Source: Candidatus Sumerlaeaceae bacterium (GTDB lineage Bacteria; Sumerlaeota; Sumerlaeia; Sumerlaeales; Sumerlaeaceae). From it: a stretch of DNA of 64,000 bases. How positions within the stretch are numbered: position 1 is the stretch's first letter; the number at the start of each line of letters is the position of its first letter. Where the stretch lies: assembly GCA_049968255.1 (NCBI GenBank), contig JBMFRB010000001.1, forward strand, positions 1 to 64,000, given 5' to 3'. A program made the position numbers and the translations under genes. The notes under the pieces are model-generated. The model worked only from the letters and a program-made list of their open reading frames with translations, ran no database searches and had not been told where the DNA came from. Below, in pieces: positions 61,595 to 64,000 of the stretch.

Positions 61595-62013
61595 TGAGCA
61601 CCTCCCCTCAGCACGATGACCCCAACGGCCCTGCCCACCGGAGCACTTGCGGGGTCCTTCGTGCGAACAACAGTGACCTCGGCCACGATCGCGGACTGAT
61701 CGGCCTGCCGCTGCAATTCAGCTGCCCAGCTGAATTGGGCATCGCCTGCCCATTGACGGAAGCCTTTGGCAGGGATTCGCCCTTTGCCTCCCTGGTTGAG
61801 CGCACTTGCCACATCAGCCTTCGCACATTGGAGCAATTCCACCACGTTATTCGCAATGGCCTCTGCTTTCATTGCGCGCAATGCCACCGCCGTCCCAACG
61901 CGGGCGGACTGGAGCCCTGTGGCAATGGCGTAAAGCCCCACGGCGAGCACTCCCACCGCCACGATGATTTCGATCAAACTTGCACCACTATGTCGTTTTA
62001 GACGAGTCTTCAT
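61591..62013 (-). CDS. Prepilin-type protein (GspI/PilV-like)
   Basis: KRHSG|ASLIEIIVAVGVLAVGL leader, A..IA..VVE motif; stop overlaps the next ATG. Confidence 0.75.
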   Translation of the reverse strand: MKTRLKRHSGASLIEIIVAVGVLAVGLYAIATGLQSARVGTAVALRAMKAEAIANNVVELLQCAKADVASALNQGGKGRIPAKGFRQWAGDAQFSWAAELQRQADQSAIVAEVTVVRTKDPASAPVGRAVGVIVLRGGAQ

Positions 62014-62028
62014 CTAGCTTCACCCATT

Positions 62029-63141
62029 ATGAAAAAGAAACTCATGCGCACGATGCTCACTACCCACGGCTCCGTTCACTTGCCATTGGCGCAATCCTGT
62101 GTTTTCACCACGCTGCCGGATTCCCGATCTCAACGACGCCAGATATCAAAAAAAGTTCTTTGGGGTTTGGTCAATAGTATTTTAGCATCATTGTTTTTTT
62201 TATCTCCCTTTTTGGTCAAAGCTGATGATTCGGTTTTCGACGCTGAGGCCGTCGAGACTGTTGTGAGCTTGTTCAAAATCGGATACCTCCCGAACGATCC
62301 GGAAGCGCAGCTTCCGGTGGGTGCGATCTATGAGCTACGAGATTATTTGTTAGCCCAGCCGGAGGTGATCGCGGCAATGAAGGCGGAGGGGATTACCGAC
62401 TTGAGCCTTTTGGCCGTAGATCGCCACGAGGCCATGGTAGAGCGTATGAATCGCAACGAGTTCGATCTGGCGTTTTGCTCCGCGGTGGATTTTGTTCTTC
62501 AAAACGGCGACTACGATGCCCGATTTCAACTGCGTCGGCCGCAGGACAGTTACGATGCCAGACGCGGCCGAGTCTTCCATAGAGGGGTGATTTTCGTGAA
62601 CAATCGGAATCCGTTATTTCGCACGGCTCTTCCGCCAACAGACGTTGCGCGCACGCTCACAACAATGCCGCTAGCAATGGTGAGTCTCAGCGCCGCGGGG
62701 TATTTCTACCCCAGCCTAAAAATCGCCCATTTGGCCGGTGCTCGCGAGCTTCCGCAACAGGTGCTGCTGTGCGATTCTTCGGAGGAAGTCGTCAAGACAG
62801 TGATCAACGGTCTTGGCGAAATGGTGAGTGCCGGCGCTTGCGCCGAGGGAGCGATCGAGCAAGTGCTGGCGGAGAATGGTTTGCTCGAACAAAAGGATCA
62901 GCTCGTGCGCGTCGTGCTGGAGACAGATCCGCTGCCAGGCGAGCCCGTGGCGTTTCACCGCCGCTGGGCGCCGCGCTACAGTTCGCTCGGCCGAGCTCTT
63001 GGCGAGGCAATCCAGCGGTTTTTCTCCCAGGAGCAAGGATTGCCGCGAGTTGAGTTTTCCTCGAACGAAAGCTATCAGGATTTGCGCGCAAACATCCGGG
63101 AATTTTGGTCGCTTGTGGGGCCGCCAAAGCGCAGGCGTTGA
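62029..63141 (+). CDS. PhnD/phosphate-phosphonate-binding-type periplasmic protein (orphan)
   Basis: FKIGYLP, EFDLAF.SAVDFV, RGVIFV, SAAGYFYP, TDPLPGEPVA pattern; real start probably downstream of 62029. Confidence 0.65.
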   Translation: MKKKLMRTMLTTHGSVHLPLAQSCVFTTLPDSRSQRRQISKKVLWGLVNSILASLFFLSPFLVKADDSVFDAEAVETVVSLFKIGYLPNDPEAQLPVGAIYELRDYLLAQPEVIAAMKAEGITDLSLLAVDRHEAMVERMNRNEFDLAFCSAVDFVLQNGDYDARFQLRRPQDSYDARRGRVFHRGVIFVNNRNPLFRTALPPTDVARTLTTMPLAMVSLSAAGYFYPSLKIAHLAGARELPQQVLLCDSSEEVVKTVINGLGEMVSAGACAEGAIEQVLAENGLLEQKDQLVRVVLETDPLPGEPVAFHRRWAPRYSSLGRALGEAIQRFFSQEQGLPRVEFSSNESYQDLRANIREFWSLVGPPKRRR

Positions 63142-63254
63142 GATTTGACGATTTTTTTCTGCATCCGTAAGCAAAGCGTAAGAATGCGAGGGTAATCTAC
63201 TGGCGGAAACTCTCGAATAGAGAGTCCACATTTCAAAGACGAAGGAGAAACGCC

Positions 63255-63920
63255 ATGAAGTCGTTGTCCACCCTCGCTGCAGTTTCGATTGCAGCGTTTG
63301 CCTGTGTTGCACTCCCTCACACCTCGGTGCGAGCGCAAGAGCTGTCGGCCGGCAAGAAGGAGTCGGCCGAAATGAAAGAGAAAGCCGAGCCGGCAGCCAA
63401 AGAAGCAAAAGCGGATGAGGCCGACGAGAAGGAGATCTCTCTCGATGAGGCACCAGCCGCGGTCCGCGCCGCGATTCAAAAGGAAATCGGAGCCGAGGGC
63501 AAACTCACCAAACTCGTGAAAGAGATGGATGAGGGCAAGGAAGCCTATGAAGCCGATTTCATGAAGCAAGGCATCGAGTGCTCGGTAAAAGTTGCGCCTG
63601 ACGGCTCTGTTGTGGAAATTGAAAAAAAGGTTAGCGTCGATTCGCTGCCGGCTGCGGTAAAATCCGCGCTAAAGAAAGAAATCGGCGACGCCAAAGTGAA
63701 AGAAGCTTTGGCGGTCACCCTCCACACGTACGAGTTCGAGATCGAGAAAGACGGGAAAACCCAAGAAGTGAAGGTAGACCCGCTCGGAAATGTTGAACTC
63801 GAGGATGAATCGGCCAAAGAAGAGAAAGAACAATCTGAAGAGAAGGCCGAGAAGAAGGAAATGAAGGTCGAGAAGAAGAGTTCGACCGAACAAGGCGAAA
63901 AGTCGGAAGAAAAAGACTAA
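63255..63920 (+). CDS. Secreted PepSY-like repeat protein with Glu/Lys-rich ends
   Basis: Signal peptide (VRA-Q); two repeats ISLDEAPAAVRAAIQKEIG...YEADF...VAPDG and VSVDSLPAAVKSALKKEIG...YEFEI...VDPLG; SD AAGGAG. Confidence 0.78.
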   Translation: MKSLSTLAAVSIAAFACVALPHTSVRAQELSAGKKESAEMKEKAEPAAKEAKADEADEKEISLDEAPAAVRAAIQKEIGAEGKLTKLVKEMDEGKEAYEADFMKQGIECSVKVAPDGSVVEIEKKVSVDSLPAAVKSALKKEIGDAKVKEALAVTLHTYEFEIEKDGKTQEVKVDPLGNVELEDESAKEEKEQSEEKAEKKEMKVEKKSSTEQGEKSEEKD

Positions 63921-63934
63921 CCTTCACAACTCTT

Positions 63935-63985
63935 GGGGACGCTCCAAGGCTGATGAAAAATAGGTTTGGGAGCGTCCCCTTCTTT
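63935..63985 (+). terminator. Rho-independent terminator
   Basis: GGGGACGCTCC/GGAGCGTCCCC 11-bp stem followed by TTCTTT. Confidence 0.7.
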
Positions 63986-64000
63986 ATCAAGATTGAGAGA

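Overview
A 64-kb stretch of chromosome from a diderm-type bacterium (heptose adenylyltransferase, alpha-2-macroglobulin, Bat operon, T2SS/type IV pilin genes). It is densely coding and mostly housekeeping, with a shuffled gene order. Contents in order: end of a Bat operon (batC-like/batD/batE), a phoB-phoR-like pair, a CaCA exchanger under a yybP-ykoY (Mn2+) riboswitch, dacB, pheS, accD-dut, pheT, an L20-leader-infC(ATT start)-rpmI-rplT unit, leuS, an asp23/amaP-like pair, rfaE domain II, a stand-alone PcrA/UvrD Tudor domain, gatC-nadE-trpD-trpC, alpha-2-macroglobulin, rfbB, ogt, gatA, a sodium:solute symporter, folK, tRNA-His, TPP riboswitch-thiC and a minor-pilin/gspE/gspF cluster. The most striking uncharacterised element is a ~2200-aa predicted secreted protein (47316-53906). 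It carries an N-terminal Pol-beta-type nucleotidyltransferase-like motif, a Gly/Ala-rich hydrophobic helical segment, a FecR-like domain and tentative lectin/propeller modules, and is preceded by an unknown membrane protein. I saw no integrase, IS element or CRISPR array. All calls come from reading motifs by eye; no database searches were run.
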